The translations under genes and the position numbers were made by a program. A stretch of 64,000 nt of DNA, from NCBI GenBank assembly GCA_964016885.1, contig OZ024762.1, positions 30,194,001 through 30,258,000 on the forward strand. The letters run 5' to 3'. The notes below the pieces were generated by a model. That model was not told the origin of the DNA. It worked only from the letters and a program-made list of their open reading frames with translations, and did not search any database. The DNA comes from Eledone cirrhosa. Taxonomy: Eukaryota. Below are positions 25,220 through 38,700 of the stretch, one piece after another (within the stretch, counting starts at the first letter, position 1; each line of letters begins with the position of its first letter).

Positions 25220-28200
25220 CTGTCAGAAGTAACTCCAATGTTGGTGAGAATTCATTTAAGTTCATGGTATTAGCTGTCAGAAGGAACTCCACTGTTGGTG
25301 AGAATTCATTTAAGTTCATGGTATTAGCTGTCAGAAGTAACTCCAGTGTTGGTGAGAATTCATTTAAGTCATGGTATTAGCTGTCAGAAGTAACTCCAAT
25401 GTTGGTGAGAATTCATTTAAGTCATGGTACTAGCTGTCAGAAGGAACTCCACTGTTGGTGAGAATTCATTTAAGTTCATGGTACTAGCTGTCAGAAGTAA
25501 CTCCACTGTTGGTGAGAATTCATTTAAGTTCATGGTACTAGCTGTCAGAAGGAACTCCACTGTTGGTGAGAATTCATTTAAGTTCATGGTATTAGCTGTC
25601 AGAAGTAACTCCAATGTTGGTAAGAATTCATTTATGTCATGGTACTAGCTGTCAGAAGTAACTCCACTGTTGGTGAGAATTCATTTAAGTTCATGGTATT
25701 AGCTGTCAGAAGGAACTCCACTGTTGGTGAGAATTCATTTAAGTTCATGGTATTAGCTGTCAGAAGTGTCTCCACTGTTGGTGAGAATTCATTTAAGTTC
25801 ATGGTACTAGCTGTCAGAAGTAACTCCAATGTTGGTGAGAATTCATGTAAGTTCATGGTACTAGCTGTCAGAAGTAACTCCACTGTTGGTGAGAATTCAT
25901 TTAAGTTCATGGTACTAGCTGTCAGAAGTAACTCCACTGTTGGTGAGAATTCATTTAAGTTCATGGTACTAGCTGTCAGAAGTAACTCCAATGTTGGTGA
26001 GAATTCATTTAAGTTCATGGTATTAGCTGTCAGAAGTAACTCCACTGTTGGTGAGAATTCATTTAAGTTCATGGTACTAGCTGTCAGAAGTAACTCCACT
26101 GTTGGTGAGAATTCATTTAAGTTCATGGTATTAGCTGTCAGAAGTAACTCCACTGTTGGTGAGAATTCATTTAAGTTCATGGTACTAGCTGTCAGAAGTA
26201 ACCCCAATGTTGGTGACAATTCATTTAAGTTCATGGTATTAGCTGTCAGAAGTCACTCCAATGTTGGTGAGAATTCATTTAAGTTCATGGTACAAGCTGT
26301 CAGAAGTAACACCAATGTTGGTGAGAATTCATTTAAGTTCATGGTATTAGCTGTCAGAAGTCACTCCAATGTTGGTGAGAATTCATTTAAGTTCATGGTA
26401 TTAGCTGTCAGAAGTAACTCCACTGTTGGTGAGAATTCATTTAAGTTCATGGTATTAGCTGTCAGAAGTAACTCCACTGTTGGTGAGAATTCATTTAAGT
26501 TCATGGTATTAGCTGTCAGAAGTAACTCCACTGTTGGTGAGAATTCATTTAAGTTCATGGTATTAGCTGTCAGAAGTAACTCCACTGTTGGTGAGAATTC
26601 ATTTAAGTTCATGGTATTAGCTGTCAGAAGTAACTCCACTGTTGGTGAGAATTCATTTAAGTTCATGGTATTAGCTGTCAGAAGGAACTCCAATGTTGGT
26701 GAGAATTCATTTAAGTTCATGGTATTAGCTGTCAGAAGGAACGCCACTGTTGGTGAGAATTCATTTAAGTCATGGTATTAGCTGTCAGAAGTAACTCCAT
26801 TGTTGGCTGAGAATTCATTTAAGTCATGGTACTAGCTGTCAGAAGTAACTCCACTGTTGGTGAGAATTCATTTAAGTTCATGGTATTAGCTGTCAGAAGG
26901 AACTCCACTGTTGGTGAGAATTCATTTAAGTCATGGTACTAGCTGTCAGAAGTAACTCCAATGTTGGTGAGAATTCATTTAAGTTCATGGTATTAGCTGT
27001 CAGAAGGAACTCCACTGTTGGTGAGAATTCATTTAAGTTCATTGTATTAGCTGTCAGAAGTAACTCCACTGTTGGTGAGAATTCATTTAAGTCATGGTAC
27101 TAGCTGTCAGAAATAACTCCACTGTTGGTGAGAATTCAGTTACGTTCATGGTATTAGTTGTCAGAAGTAACTCAAATGTTGGTGAGAATTCATTTAAATC
27201 ATGGTATTAGTTGTCAGAAGTAACTCCAACGTTGGTGAGAATTCATTTAAGTTCATGGTACTAGCTGTCAGAAGTAACTCCACTGTTGGTGAAAATTCAT
27301 TTAAGTTCATGGTATTAGCTGTCAGAAGTAACTCCACTCTTGGTGAGAATTCATTTAAGTCATGGTATTAGCTGTCAGAAGTAACTCCATTGTTGGTGAG
27401 AATTCATTTAAGTCATGGTACTAGCTGTCAGAAGTAACTCCACTGTTGGTGAGAATTCATTTAAGTTCATGGTATTAGCTGTCAGAAGGAACTCCACTGT
27501 TGGTGAGAATTCATTTAAATTCATGGTATTAGCTGTCAGAAGTAACTCCACTGTTGGTGAGAATTCATTTAAGTTCATGGTATTAGCTGTCAGAAGTAAC
27601 TCCAATGTTGGTGAGAATTCATTTAAGTCATGGTACTAGCTGTCAGAAGTAACTCCACTGTTGGTGAGAATTCATTTAAGTTCATGGTATTAGCTGTCAG
27701 AAGGAACTCCACTGTTGGTGAGAATTCATTTAAGTTCATGGTATTAGCTGTCAGAAGTGTCTCCACTGTTGGTGAGAATTCATTTAAGTTCATGGTACTA
27801 GCTGTCAGAAGTAACTCCAATGTTGGTGAGAATTCATGTAAGTTCATGGTATTAGCTGTCAGAAGTAACTCCACTGTTGGTGAGAATTCACTTAAGTTCA
27901 TGGTATTAGCTGTCAGAAGTAACTCCACTGTTGGTGAGAATTCATTTAAGTTCATGGTACTAGCTGTCAGAAGTAACTCCACTGTTGGTGAGAATTCATT
28001 TAAGTTCATGTTATTAGCTGTCAGAAGTAACTCCACTGTTGGTGAGAATTCATTTAAGTCATGGTATTAGCTATCAGAAGTAACTCCATTGTTGGTGAGA
28101 ATTCATTTAAGTCATGGTACTAGCTGTCAGAAGTAACTCCACTGTTGGTGAGAATTCATTTAAGTTCATGGTACTAGCTGTCAGAAGTAACTCCACTGTT

Positions 28201-30480
28201 GGTGAGAATTCATTTAAGTTCATGGTACTAGCTGTCAGAAGTAACTCCACTGTTGGTGAGAATTCATTTAAGTTCATGGTACTAGCTGTCAGAAGTAACT
28301 CCACTGTTGGTGAGAATTCATTTAAGTTCATGGTACTAGCTGCCAGAAGTAACTCCAATGTTGGTGAGAATTCATTTAAGTTCATGGTATTAGCTGTCAG
28401 AAGTAACTCCACTGTTGGTGAGAATTCATTTAAGTTCATGGTACTAGCTGTCAGAAGTAACTCCACTGTTGGTGATAATTCATTTAAGTTCATGGTATTA
28501 GCTGTCAGAAGTAACTCCACTGTTGGTGAGAATTCATTTAAGTTCATGGTACTAGCTGTCAGAAGTAACCCCAATGTTGGTGACAATTCATTTAAGTTCA
28601 TGGTATTAGCTGTCAGAAGTCACTCCAATGTTGGTGAGAATTCATTTAAGTTCATGGTACAAGCTGTCAGAAGTAACCCCAATGTTGGTGAGAATTCATT
28701 TAAGTTCATGGTATTAGCTGTCAGAAGTCACTCCAATGTTGGTGAGAATTCATTTAAGTTCATGGTATTAGCTGTCAGAAGTAACTCCACTGTTGGTGAG
28801 AATTCATTTAAGTTCATGGTATTAGCTGTCAGAAGTAACTCCACTGTTGGTGAGAATTCATTTAAGTTCATGGTATTAGCTGTCAGAAGTAACTCCACTG
28901 TTGGTGAGAATTCATTTAAGTTCATGGTATTAGCTGTCAGAAGGAACTCCACTGTTGGTGAGAATTCATTTAAGTTCATGGTACTAGCTGTCAGAAGTAA
29001 CTCCACTGTTGGTGAGAATTCATTTAAGTTCATGGTATTAGCTGTCAGAAGTAACTCCACTGTTGGTGAGAATTCATTTAAGTTCATGGTATTAGCTGTC
29101 AGAAGTAACTACACTGTTGGTGAGAATTCATTTAAGTTCATGGTATTAGCTGTCAGAAGTAACTCCACTGTTGGTGAGAATTCATTTAAGTTCATGGTAT
29201 TAGCTGTCAGAAGGAACTCCAATGTTGGTGAGAATTCATTTAAGTTCATGGTATTAGCTGTCAGAAGGAACGCCACTGTTGGTGAGAATTCATTTAAGTC
29301 ATGGTACTAGCTGTCAGAAGTAACTCCAATGTTGGTGAGAATTCATTTAAGTTCATGGTATTAGCTGTCAGAAGGAACTCCACTGTTGGTGAGAATTCAT
29401 TTAAGTTCATGGTATTAGCTGTCAGAAGTAACTCCAGTGTTGGTGAGAATTCATTTAAGTCATGGTATTAGCTGTCAGAAGTAACTCCAATGTTGGTGAG
29501 AATTCATTTAAGTCATGGTACTAGCTGTCAGAAGGAACTCCACTGTTGGTGAGAATTCATTTAAGTTCATGGTACTAGCTGTCAGAAGTAACTCCACTGT
29601 TGGTGAGAATTCATTTAAGTTCATGGTACTAGCTGTCAGAAGGAACTCCACTGTTGGTGAGAATTCATTTAAGTTCATGGTATTAGCTGTCAGAAGTAAC
29701 TCCAATGTTGGTAAGAATTCATTTATGTCATGGTACTAGCTGTCAGAAGTAACTCCACTGTTGGTGAGAATTCATTTAAGTTCATGGTATTAGCTGTCAG
29801 AAGGAACTCCACTGTTGGTGAGAATTCATTTAAGTTCATGGTATTAGCTGTCAGAAGTGTCTCCACTGTTGGTGAGAATTCATTTAAGTTCATGGTACTA
29901 GCTGTCAGAAGTAACTCCAATGTTGGTGAGAATTCATGTAATTTCATGGTATTAGCTGTCAGAAGTAACTCCACTGTTGGTGAGAATTCACTTAAGTTCA
30001 TGGTATTAGCTGTCAGAAGTAACTCCACTGTTGGTGAGAATTCATTTAAGTTCATGGTACTAGCTGTCAGAAGTAACTCCACTGTTGGTGAGAATTCATT
30101 TAAGTTCATGGTATTAGCTGTCAGAAGTAACTCCACTGTTGGTGAGAATTCATTTAAGTCATGGTATTAGCTATCAGAAGTAACTCCATTGTTGGTGAGA
30201 ATTCATTTAAGTTCATGGTATTAGCTGTCAGAAGTAACTCCACTGTTGGTGAGAATTCATTTAAGTTCATGGTACTAGCTGTCAGAAGTAACCCCAATGT
30301 TGGTGACAATTCATTTAAGTTCATGGTATTAGCTGTCAGAAGTCACTCCAATGTTGGTGAGAATTCATTTAAGTTCATGGTACAAGCTGTCAGAAGTAAC
30401 CCCAATGTTGGTGAGAATTCATTTAAGTTCATGGTATTAGCTGTCAGAAGTCACTCCAATGTTGGTGAGAATTCATTTAA

Positions 30481-31560
30481 GTTCATGGTATTAGCTGTCA
30501 GAAGTAACTCCACTGTTGGTGAGAATTCATTTAAGTTCATGGTATTAGCTGTCAGAAGTAACTCCACTGTTGGTGAGAATTCATTTAAGTTCATGGTATT
30601 AGCTGTCAGAAGTAACTCCACTGTTGGTGAGAATTCATTTAAGTTCATGGTATTAGCTGTCAGAAGGAACTCCACTGTTGGTGAGAATTCATTTAAGTTC
30701 ATGGTACTAGCTGTCAGAAGTAACTCCACTGTTGGTGAGAATTCATTTAAGTTCATGGTATTAGCTGTCAGAAGTAACTCCACTGTTGGTGAGAATTCAT
30801 TTAAGTTCATGGTATTAGCTGTCAGAAGTAACTACACTGTTGGTGAGAATTCATTTAAGTTCATGGTATTAGCTGTCAGAAGTAACTCCACTGTTGGTGA
30901 GAATTCATTTAAGTTCATGGTATTAGCTGTCAGAAGGAACTCCAATGTTGGTGAGAATTCATTTAAGTTCATGGTATTAGCTGTCAGAAGGAACGCCACT
31001 GTTGGTGAGAATTCATTTAAGTTCATGGTATTAGCTGTCAGAAGTAACTCCACTGTTGGTGAGAATTCATTTAAGTTCATGGTATTAGCTGTCAGAAGTA
31101 ACTCCACTGTTGGTGAGAATTCATTTAAGTTCATGGTATTAGCTGTCAGAAGTAACTCCACTGTTGGTGAGAATTCATTTAAGTTCATGGTATTAGCTGT
31201 CAGAAGGAACTCCACTGTTGGTGAGAATTCATTTAAGTTCATGGTACTAGCTGTCAGAAGTAACTCCACTGTTGGTGAGAATTCATTTAAGTTCATGGTA
31301 TTAGCTGTCAGAAGTAACTCCACTGTTGGTGAGAATTCATTTAAGTTCATGGTATTAGCTGTCAGAAGTAACTACACTGTTGGTGAGAATTCATTTAAGT
31401 TCATGGTATTAGCTGTCAGAAGTAACTCCACTGTTGGTGAGAATTCATTTAAGTTCATGGTATTAGCTGTCAGAAGGAACTCCAATGTTGGTGAGAATTC
31501 ATTTAAGTTCATGGTATTAGCTGTCAGAAGGAACGCCACTGTTGGTGAGAATTCATTTAA
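30481..31560. repeat. Exact 540-bp (10-monomer) tandem duplication
   Basis: The nine 60-nt lines 30481-31020 match lines 31021-31560 base for base, including the AACTACACT and AACGCC variants. Confidence 0.95.
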
Positions 31561-32470
31561 GTCATGGTACTAGCTGTCAGAAGTAACTCCAATGTTGGTG
31601 AGAATTCATTTAAGTTCATGGTATTAGCTGTCAGAAGGAACTCCACTGTTGGTGAGAATTCATTTAAGTTCATGGTATTAGCTGTCAGAAGTAACTCCAG
31701 TGTTGGTGAGAATTCATTTAAGTCATGGTATTAGCTGTCAGAAGTAACTCCAATGTTGGTGAGAATTCATTTAAGTCATGGTACTAGCTGTCAGAAGGAA
31801 CTCCACTGTTGGTGAGAATTCATTTAAGTTCATGGTACTAGCTGTCAGAAGTAACTCCACTGTTGGTGAGAATTCATTTAAGTTCATGGTACTAGCTGTC
31901 AGAAGGAACTCCACTGTTGGTGAGAATTCATTTAAGTTCATGGTATTAGCTGTCAGAAGTAACTCCAATGTTGGTAAGAATTCATTTATGTCATGGTACT
32001 AGCTGTCAGAAGTAACTCCACTGTTGGTGAGAATTCATTTAAGTTCATGGTATTAGCTGTCAGAAGGAACTCCACTGTTGGTGAGAATTCATTTAAGTTC
32101 ATGGTATTAGCTGTCAGAAGTGTCTCCACTGTTGGTGAGAATTCATTTAAGTTCATGGTACTAGCTGTCAGAAGTAACTCCAATGTTGGTGAGAATTCAT
32201 GTAATTTCATGGTATTAGCTGTCAGAAGTAACTCCACTGTTGGTGAGAATTCACTTAAGTTCATGGTATTAGCTGTCAGAAGTAACTCCACTGTTGGTGA
32301 GAATTCATTTAAGTTCATGGTACTAGCTGTCAGAAGTAACTCCACTGTTGGTGAGAATTCATTTAAGTTCATGGTATTAGCTGTCAGAAGTAACTCCACT
32401 GTTGGTGAGAATTCATTTAAGTCATGGTATTAGCTATCAGAAGTAACTCCATTGTTGGTGAGAATTCATT
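31021..32470. repeat. Copy of ~28760-30210 at offset 2263
   Basis: Boundaries 29310/31573, 29515/31778 and 29730/31993 differ by 2263. The rare TGTAATTTC is at ~29937/32200, and CCAGTG is in both copies. Confidence 0.87.
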
Positions 32471-32589
32471 TAAGTCATGGTACTAGCTGTCAGAAGTAAC
32501 TCCACTGTTGGTGAGAATTCATTTAAGTTCATGGTACTAGCTGTCAGAAGTAACTCCACTGTTGGTGAGAATTCATTTAAGTTCATGGT

Positions 32590-35500
32590 ACTAGCTGTCA
32601 GAAGTAACTCCACTGTTGGTGAGAATTCATTTAAGTTCATGGTACTAGCTGTCAGAAGTAACTCCACTGTTGGTGAGAATTCATTTAAGTTCATGGTACT
32701 AGCTGTCAGAAGTAACTCCAATGTTGGTGAGAATTCATTTAAGTTCATGGTATTAGCTGTCAGAAGTAACTCCACTGTTGGTGAGAATTCATTTAAGTTC
32801 ATGGTACTAGCTGTCAGAAGTAACTCCACTGTTGGTGAGAATTCATTTAAGTTCATGGTATTAGCTGTCAGAAGTAACTCCACTGTTGGTGAGAATTCAT
32901 TTAAGTTCATGGTACTAGCTGTCAGAAGTAACCCCAATGTTGGTGACAATTCATTTAAGTTCATGGTATTAGCTGTCAGAAGTCACTCCAATGTTGGTGA
33001 GAATTCATTTAAGTTCATGGTACAAGCTGTCAGAAGTAACCCCAATGTTGGTGAGAATTCATTTAAGTTCATGGTATTAGCTGTCAGAAGTCACTCCAAT
33101 GTTGGTGAGAATTCATTTAAGTTCATGGTATTAGCTGTCAGAAGTAACTCCACTGTTGGTGAGAATTCATTTAAGTTCATGGTATTAGCTGTCAGAAGTA
33201 ACTCCACTGTTGGTGAGAATTCATTTAAGTTCATGGTATTAGCTGTCAGAAGTAACTCCACTGTTGGTGAGAATTCATTTAAGTTCATGGTATTAGCTGT
33301 CAGAAGTAACTCCACTGTTGGTGAGAATTCATTTAAGTTCATGGTATTAGCTGTCAGAAGTAACTCCACTGTTGGTGAGAATTCATTTAAGTTCATGGTA
33401 TTAGCTGTCAGAAGGAACTCCAATGTTGGTGAGAATTCATTTAAGTTCATGGTATTAGCTGTCAGAAGGAACGCCACTGTTGGTGAGAATTCATTTAAGT
33501 CATGGTATTAGCTGTCAGAAGTAACTCCATTGTTGGCTGAGAATTCATTTAAGTCATGGTACTAGCTGTCAGAAGTAACTCCACTGTTGGTGAGAATTCA
33601 TTTAAGTTCATGGTATTAGCTGTCAGAAGGAACTCCACTGTTGGTGAGAATTCATTTAAGTCATGGTACTAGCTGTCAGAAGTAACTCCAATGTTGGTGA
33701 GAATTCATTTAAGTTCATGGTATTAGCTGTCAGAAGGAACTCCACTGTTGGTGAGAATTCATTTAAGTTCATTGTATTAGCTGTCAGAAGTAACTCCACT
33801 GTTGGTGAGAATTCATTTAAGTCATGGTACTAGCTGTCAGAAATAACTCCACTGTTGGTGAGAATTCAGTTACGTTCATGGTATTAGTTGTCAGAAGTAA
33901 CTCAAATGTTGGTCAGAATTCATTTAAATCATGGTATTAGTTGTCAGAAGTAACTCCAACGTTGGTGAGAATTCATTTAAGTTCATGGTACTAGCTGTCA
34001 GAAGTAACTCCACTGTTGGTGAAAATTCATTTAAGTTCATGGTATTAGCTGTCAGAAGTAACTCCACTCTTGGTGAGAATTCATTTAAGTCATGGTATTA
34101 GCTGTCAGAAGTAACTCCATTGTTGGTGAGAATTCATTTAAGTCATGGTACTAGCTGTCAGAAGTAACTCCACTGTTGGTGAGAATTCATTTAAGTTCAT
34201 GGTATTAGCTGTCAGAAGGAACTCCACTGTTGGTGAGAATTCATTTAAATTCATGGTATTAGCTGTCAGAAGTAACTCCACTGTTGGTGAGAATTCATTT
34301 AAGTTCATGGTATTAGCTGTCAGAAGTAACTCCAATGTTGGTGAGAATTCATTTAAGTCATGGTACTAGCTGTCAGAAGTAACTCCACTGTTGGTGAGAA
34401 TTCATTTAAGTTCATGGTATTAGCTGTCAGAAGGAACTCCACTGTTGGTGAGAATTCATTTAAGTTCATGGTATTAGCTGTCAGAAGTGTCTCCACTGTT
34501 GGTGAGAATTCATTTAAGTTCATGGTACTAGCTGTCAGAAGTAACTCCAATGTTGGTGAGAATTCATGTAAGTTCATGGTATTAGCTGTCAGAAGTAACT
34601 CCACTGTTGGTGAGAATTCACTTAAGTTCATGGTATTAGCTGTCAGAAGTAACTCCACTGTTGGTGAGAATTCATTTAAGTTCATGGTACTAGCTGTCAG
34701 AAGTAACTCCACTGTTGGTGAGAATTCATTTAAGTTCATGTTATTAGCTGTCAGAAGTAACTCCACTGTTGGTGAGAATTCATGTAAGTCATGGTATTAG
34801 CTATCAGAAGTAACTCCATTGTTGGTGAGAATTCATTTAAGTCATGGTACTAGCTGTCAGAAGTAACTCCACTGTTGGTGAGAATTCATTTAAGTTCATG
34901 GTACTAGCTGTCAGAAGTAACTCCACTGTTGGTGAGAATTCATTTAAGTTCATGGTACTAGCTGTCAGAAGTAACTCCACTGTTGGTGAGAATTCATTTA
35001 AGTTCATGGTACTAGCTGTCAGAAGTAACTCCACTGTTGGTGAGAATTCATTTAAGTTCATGGTACTAGCTGCCAGAAGTAACTCCAATGTTGGTGAGAA
35101 TTCATTTAAGTTCATGGTATTAGCTGTCAGAAGTAACTCCACTGTTGGTGAGAATTCATTTAAGTTCATGGTACTAGCTGTCAGAAGTAACTCCACTGTT
35201 GGTGATAATTCATTTAAGTTCATGGTATTAGCTGTCAGAAGTAACTCCACTGTTGGTGAGAATTCATTTAAGTTCATGGTACTAGCTGTCAGAAGTAACC
35301 CCAATGTTGGTGACAATTCATTTAAGTTCATGGTATTAGCTGTCAGAAGTCACTCCAATGTTGGTGAGAATTCATTTAAGTTCATGGTACAAGCTGTCAG
35401 AAGTAACCCCAATGTTGGTGAGAATTCATTTAAGTTCATGGTATTAGCTGTCAGAAGTCACTCCAATGTTGGTGAGAATTCATTTAAGTTCATGGTATTA

Positions 35501-35720
35501 GCTGTCAGAAGTAACTCCACTGTTGGTGAGAATTCATTTAAGTTCATGGTATTAGCTGTCAGAAGTAACTCCACTGTTGGTGAGAATTCATTTAAGTTCA
35601 TGGTATTAGCTGTCAGAAGTAACTCCACTGTTGGTGAGAATTCATTTAAGTTCATGGTATTAGCTGTCAGAAGGAACTCCACTGTTGGTGAGAATTCATT
35701 TAAGTTCATGGTACTAGCTG
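32590..35720. repeat. Copy of ~25860-28990 at offset 6730
   Basis: The 1-bp insertion TTGG[C]TGAG is at 26807 and 33537. CATTGTA (~27040/33770), ACTCTTGG (~27336/34066) and GCTGCCAG (~28339/35069) are also paired. Confidence 0.92.
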
Positions 35721-38700
35721 TCAGAAGGAACTCCACTGTTGGTGAGAATTCATTTAAGTTCATGGTATTAGCTGTCAGAAGTAACTCCAATGTTGGTAAG
35801 AATTCATTTATGTCATGGTACTAGCTGTCAGAAGTAACTCCACTGTTGGTGAGAATTCATTTAAGTTCATGGTATTAGCTGTCAGAAGGAACTCCACTGT
35901 TGGTGAGAATTCATTTAAGTTCATGGTATTAGCTGTCAGAAGTGTCTCCACTGTTGGTGAGAATTCATTTAAGTTCATGGTACTAGCTGTCAGAAGTAAC
36001 TCCAATGTTGGTGAGAATTCATGTAAGTTCATGGTATTAGCTGTCAGAAGTAACTCCACTGTTGGTGAGAATTCACTTAAGTTCATGGTATTAGCTGTCA
36101 GAAGTAACTCCACTGTTGGTGAGAATTCATTTAAGTTCATGGTACTAGCTGTCAGAAGTAACTCCACTGTTGGTGAGAATTCATTTAAGTTCATGGTATT
36201 AGCTGTCAGAAGTAACTCCACTGTTGGTGAGAATTCATTTAAGTCATGGTATTAGCTATCAGAAGTAACTCCATTGTTGGTGAGAATTCATTTAAGTCAT
36301 GGTACTAGCTGTCAGAAGTAACTCCACTGTTGGTGAGAATTCATTTAAGTTCATGGTACTAGCTGTCAGAAGTAACTCCACTGTTGGTGAGAATTCATTT
36401 AAGTTCATGGTACTAGCTGTCAGAAGTAACTCCACTGTTGGTGAGAATTCATTTAAGTTCATGGTACTAGCTGTCAGAAGTAACTCCACTGTTGGTGAGA
36501 ATTCATTTAAGTTCATGGTACTAGCTGTCAGAAGTAACTCCAATGTTGGTGAGAATTCATTTAAGTTCATGGTATTAGCTGTCAGAAGTAACTCCACTGT
36601 TGGTGAGAATTCATTTAAGTTCATGGTACTAGCTGTCAGAAGTAACTCCACTGTTGGTGAGAATTCATTTAAGTTCATGGTATTAGCTGTCAGAAGTAAC
36701 TCCACTGTTGGTGAGAATTCATTTAAGTTCATGGTACTAGCTGTCAGAAGTAACCCCGATGTTGGTGACAATTCATTTAAGTTCATGGTATTAGCTGTCA
36801 GAAGTCGCTCCAATGTTGGTGAGAATTCATTTAAGTTCATGGTATTAGCTGTCAGAAGTCACTCCACTGTTGGTGAGAATTCATTTAAGTTCATGGTACT
36901 AGCTGTCAGAAGTAACCCCAATGTTGGTGAGAATTCATTTAAGTTCATGGTATTAGCTGTCAGAAGTCACTCCAATGTTGGTGAGAATTCATTTAAGTTC
37001 ATGGTATTAGCTGTCAGAAGTAACTCCACTGTTGGTGAGAATTCATTTAAGTTCATGGTATTAGCTGTCAGAAGTAACTCCACTGTTGGTGAGAATTCAT
37101 TTAAGTTCATGGTATTAGCTGTCAGAAGTAACTACACTGTTGGTGAGAATTCATTTAAGTTCATGGTATTAGCTGTCAGAAGTAACTCCACTGTTGGTGA
37201 GAATTCATTTAAGTTCATGGTATTAGCTGTCAGAAGGAACTCCAATGTTGGTGAGAATTCATTTAAGTTCATGGTATTAGCTGTCAGAAGGAACGCCACT
37301 GTTGGTGAGAATTCATTTAAGTCATGGTACTAGCTGTCAGAAGTAACTCCAATGTTGGTGAGAATTCATTTAAGTTCATGGTATTAGCTGTCAGAAGGAA
37401 CTCCACTGTTGGTGAGAATTCATTTAAGTTCATGGTATTAGCTGTCAGAAGTAACTCCAGTGTTGGTGAGAATTCATTTAAGTCATGGTATTAGCTGTCA
37501 GAAGTAACTCCAATGTTGGTGAGAATTCATTTAAGTCATGGTACTAGCTGTCAGAAGGAACTCCACTGTTGGTGAGAATTCATTTAAGTTCATGGTACTA
37601 GCTGTCAGAAGTAACTCCACTGTTGGTGAGAATTCATTTAAGTTCATGGTACTAGCTGTCAGAAGGAACTCCACTGTTGGTGAGAATTCATTTAAGTTCA
37701 TGGTATTAGCTGTCAGAAGTAACTCCAATGTTGGTAAGAATTCATTTATGTCATGGTACTAGCTGTCAGAAGTAACTCCACTGTTGGTGAGAATTCATTT
37801 AAGTTCATGGTATTAGCTGTCAGAAGGAACTCCACTGTTGGTGAGAATTCATTTAAGTTCATGGTATTAGCTGTCAGAAGTGACTCCACTGTTGGTGAGA
37901 ATTCATTTAAGTTCATGGTACTAGCTGTCAGAAGTAACTACAATGTTGGTGAGAATTCATGTAAGTTCATGGTATTAGCTGTCAGAAGTAACTCCACTGT
38001 TGGTGAGAATTCACTTAAGTTCATGGTATTAGCTGTCAGAAGTAACTCCACTGTTGGTGAGAATTCATTTAAGTTCATGGTACTAGCTGTCAGAAGTAAC
38101 TCCACTGTTGGTGAGAATTCATTTAAGTTCATGGTATTAGCTGTCAGAAGTAACTCCACTGTTGGTGAGAATTCATTTAAGTCATGGTATTAGCTATCAG
38201 AAGTAACTCCATTGTTGGTGAGAATTCATTTAAGTCATGGTACTAGCTGTCAGAAGTAACTCCACTGTTGGTGAGAATTCATTTAAGTTCATGGTACTAG
38301 CTGTCAGAAGTAACTCCACTGTTGGTGAGAATTCATTTAAGTTCATGGTACTAGCTGTCAGAAGTAACTCCACTGTTGGTGAGAATTCATTTAAGTTCAT
38401 GGTACTAGCTGTCAGAAGTAACTCCACTGTTGGTGAGAATTCATTTAAGTTCATGGTACTAGCTGTCAGAAGTAACTCCAATGTTGGTGAGAATTCATTT
38501 AAGTTCATGGTATTAGCTGTCAGAAGTAACTCCACTGTTGGTGAGAATTCATTTAAGTTCATGGTACTAGCTGTCAGAAGTAACTCCACTGTTGGTGATA
38601 ATTCATTTAAGTTCATGGTATTAGCTGTCAGAAGTAACTCCACTGTTGGTGAGAATTCATTTAAGTTCATGGTACTAGCTGTCAGAAGTAACCCCAATGT

